Source: a bacterium
GTDB taxonomy: Bacteria > Patescibacteriota > Minisyncoccia > Phycocordibacterales > CAIZIN01
DNA length: 47,490 bases
Direction: 5' to 3'
NCBI GenBank assembly: GCA_031409775.1
Contig: JANNXY010000041.1
Location: 1 to 47,490 of the forward strand
Shown here: in pieces, positions 45,287-47,490 of the stretch
Numbering within the stretch: position 1 is the first letter of the stretch
Layout: every line of letters starts with the position of its first letter
Notes under the pieces: generated by a model
Seen by the model: the letters and a program-made list of their open reading frames with translations, nothing else
Databases searched by the model: none
Told to the model about the DNA's origin: nothing
Position numbers and translations under genes: made by a program

Positions 45287-46966
45287 ATGCAAAACCCTGG
45301 AAACAAACCAATTAAATATATTAGTTACGCTCGCAAATCAAGTGAAGATAAAGAGCGACAAGTTGCTTCAATTGGTGACCAGGAAGAAGTTCTATCGGTT
45401 ATAGCTAAAAAAGCAGGACTAGACGTAGTAGACACTCTTAATGAAGCCCAATCAGCCAAGAAGCCAGGTCGACCGAAGTTCAACGAGATGGTGAACAGAA
45501 TATACAACGGAGAAGCTAACGGCATTCTTTGCTGGAAGCTTGACCGATTAGCCCGTAATCCAAGGGATGCTGGGACAATTAGCGCAATGTTGCAGGATGG
45601 AGTACTCCAGGTAATTAAAACAAACGAAAGAGAATACTACCCCACCGATAATATCCTCATGCTGACATTGGAACTGGGCATGGCGAATCAATACATCCGT
45701 GACTTGTCATCAAACGTAAAACGAGGTCTAGCAAAAAAAGTCCGTGACGGCTGGTACCCTAGTAAAGCACCTGTAGGGTATTTGAATAAAACTCATGACG
45801 ATGGAAGTCGTACAATAATCAACGATCCTGAGCGGTTTGAGTTAGTCAGGAGAGTGTGGGACATTGCCCTTACCGGAAACTTCACCGTCCCTCAGATTTG
45901 GGACAAGGCGCGAAATGAGTTAGCCCTAACAACACAAGTGAGAAGAAAAAGCGGTGGCAAACTCATTACTCGAAGTGCCATGTATTCTGTTCTCACGAAT
46001 CCCTTTTATTACGGTGTAATGAGATACCCTGAGAAAAGTGGCGAAATCCATCCAGCTAATCATAAAGCTATGATTACGGTCCAGGAGTTTGATCGTGTAC
46101 AGGAAATTATAGGTACACGAGCGGCGGCTCGTCCTAAGCGTGAAGTCTTTGCATTTACCGGACTGATGAAATGCGGTAATTGTGGATGTGCGATCACGGC
46201 TGAAAGTAAGGTTAAAAAGCAAAAGAACGGCAATATTCATTACTACACGTATTATCACTGTACTCATAAGAAAGTGAACTTCAAATGCGATGAAAGTGCT
46301 GTTGAGGTTAAAGACTTGGAGATCATGTTTGCAGAGAAACTCTCTGAACTCAAAATATCAGACGACTTCAAAGATTGGGCGATCAAACATCTGCACGAAA
46401 TACGGACTACAGAAGCTGACAGCAACAAAATCAGCATGAATACTGCTTCAAAGGAGTTACAGCGTGTCTCAGACCAAATACGAGAACTTACATTGAACTA
46501 TACCTCTGTTGAAAACAGCGACCGGCTGATAATGACTCAAGCTGAATACCTTGATTTCAAAAACGACTTACTCAAGAAAAAGGAATCAGCAGAAAGCAGA
46601 GTATCAAGTACATCAAAAGAATTAGAGTCCTGGATGGAATTAAGTGAAAAAACTTTTAACCTCGCCTACTACGCATCTGTTTGGTTTGAAAACGGGACCG
46701 ATGAAGAACGGAAAGCAATAATGTCCTGCCTTGGCTCGAACCTTACGATTAAAGACAAAAAAGTTCAGGTTTACCTACATCCTTTCTTAGAAACCTTTAT
46801 CCAAAACAAAAATGCCATCACCACAGAAATGGCTAAGGTTAGAACCTCTGAAAACTCAATGAATTCAAGGCTAATTGGTCAAAATGACACTCAATTGTCA
46901 ACAGTGCTGCGGGACTTGGACTCGAACCAAGATGAAACGCTTCAGAGGCGTCTATCCTACCATTAG
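45287..46966 (+). CDS. Large serine recombinase (resolvase, recombinase and Zn-ribbon domains)
   Basis: YARKSS (catalytic Ser), KLDRLARN, APVGY, LTNPFYYG, CGNCG...YYHC...C, coiled coil; last ~20 codons are antisense to tRNA-Gln. Confidence 0.95.
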   Translation: MQNPGNKPIKYISYARKSSEDKERQVASIGDQEEVLSVIAKKAGLDVVDTLNEAQSAKKPGRPKFNEMVNRIYNGEANGILCWKLDRLARNPRDAGTISAMLQDGVLQVIKTNEREYYPTDNILMLTLELGMANQYIRDLSSNVKRGLAKKVRDGWYPSKAPVGYLNKTHDDGSRTIINDPERFELVRRVWDIALTGNFTVPQIWDKARNELALTTQVRRKSGGKLITRSAMYSVLTNPFYYGVMRYPEKSGEIHPANHKAMITVQEFDRVQEIIGTRAAARPKREVFAFTGLMKCGNCGCAITAESKVKKQKNGNIHYYTYYHCTHKKVNFKCDESAVEVKDLEIMFAEKLSELKISDDFKDWAIKHLHEIRTTEADSNKISMNTASKELQRVSDQIRELTLNYTSVENSDRLIMTQAEYLDFKNDLLKKKESAESRVSSTSKELESWMELSEKTFNLAYYASVWFENGTDEERKAIMSCLGSNLTIKDKKVQVYLHPFLETFIQNKNAITTEMAKVRTSENSMNSRLIGQNDTQLSTVLRDLDSNQDETLQRRLSYH

Positions 46967-46977
46967 ATGATCCCGCA
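46907..46977 (-). tRNA. tRNA-Gln(CUG)
   Basis: Acceptor TGCGGGA/TCCCGCA, D arm, anticodon arm GACGC-ctCTGaa-GCGTT, T arm CTTGG-TTCGAGT-CCAAG; CCA not encoded. Confidence 0.95.
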
Positions 46978-47074
46978 ATATTTAACTGAATGCGTAATAT
47001 ATTACCTTAAAACCGCTAATTTTACCAGCGCCTATTTAGCTTTAATTACATCCATTTTCTGCTATAATCTGAAC

Positions 47075-47239
47075 ATGAAAAAACTTATCATGTGGAATGT
47101 GGTGACGCTCGATAATTGCTTCGAAGGGGAGAAGCCTTGGGATCTTTCTTTTCATGAGCTTGTCTTGGGACAAGAACTCGAATCAAAACCGCTTGCAAGT
47201 GGCGGGGTGATAATGAGGTATGGGGTCATTATACTATAA
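47075..47239 (+). pseudogene. Internally deleted dihydrofolate reductase/RibD-C family gene
   Basis: Family-like N-terminus MKKLIMWNVVTLD..FEG joined after ~35 aa to a family-like C-terminus KPLASGGVIMRY; only 54 aa. Confidence 0.65.
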
Positions 47240-47275
47240 AAAAACGGATGAGAAGACTGATTCTTCTCATCCGTT
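47238..47275 (-). terminator. Intrinsic terminator (minus strand, possibly bidirectional)
   Basis: AACGGATGAGAAGA-ctgat-TCTTCTCATCCGTT preceded by an A-run. Confidence 0.7.
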
Positions 47276-47361
47276 CGATGTTACTTCCTAGCCACATGAC
47301 TAGGATTGCTTGCGGGATCGTAGATTCGCATTTCTCTGTCCATGCAATAAGGCCCCTTCCA

Positions 47362-47490
47362 TTAATTACTAGCAACACCAACCCTCTGCGGTCTAATCGT
47401 ATAGTTCCATTCGGGATGGAACTCATCTCTTTGAATATTTAGCCGACTCATTTCTTCATCTGATACCTTGGTACCTGTTGGGTAGATATT
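47362..47490 (-). mobile_element. 3' end of an ISAzo13-family transposase gene (partial, runs off the window)
   Basis: Minus-strand frame not in the ORF track: NIYPTGTKVSDEEMSRLNIQRDEFHPEWNYTIRPQRVGVASN-stop; YPTG.KVSD and FH.EWNYTI.P match the ISAzo13 transposase C-terminus as I recall it. Confidence 0.8.

Larger units (their letters stand above)
35175..46909. mobile_element. ~11.7-kb integrative defence element inserted at the 3' end of tRNA-Gln(CUG)
   Basis: Serine recombinase runs into the tRNA at the right end; shared core TGCTG(a/c)GGG at 35175-35183 and 46905-46913; cargo of R-M, OLD-like and AlbA_2 genes. Confidence 0.75.

Overview
Chromosomal segment of a small-genome bacterium; gene content and style (short SMC, NusB-NUDIX fusion, rpoB-rpoC-dnaG-rpoD run, many apparently leaderless genes) suggest Patescibacteria/CPR, Parcubacteria-like (inference). 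The main signal is at 95-2536: a 466-aa IS110/Nop-domain-like protein followed by a ~1-kb non-coding array of 13 stem-loop units. Each unit is stem-CT(A/T)-N9-TGnnnCT(A/G/T)-N9-TG-stem', all 26 nine-nt spacers differ, and a strong terminator closes the array. This is the architecture of a TIGR-Tas RNA-guided system (stem-loop type), here built as three higher-order blocks with spacer-less hairpins interleaved. The middle is mostly housekeeping (rpmF, nusB, rnc, smc, rnr, rpsP, khpA, trmD, rpoB, rpoC, dnaG, rpoD, UvrD-nuclease, DsbA, uppP, short hisS, truB), plus a DUF3800 gene with a convergently transcribed ~65-nt hairpin RNA, a 1250-aa transglutaminase-like protein, a SET-domain gene and REP-like palindromes, one in frame in smc. 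From ~35.2 to 46.9 kb is an ~11.7-kb element integrated at the 3' end of tRNA-Gln(CUG) with a large serine recombinase, whose C-terminus appears swapped by integration. It carries a type III R-M system, an OLD-like ATPase/TOPRIM protein, an AlbA_2 protein and a promoter-driven structured RNA. The window ends with an internally deleted DHFR-family gene and the 3' end of an ISAzo13-like transposase. All calls were made by eye, without database searches.
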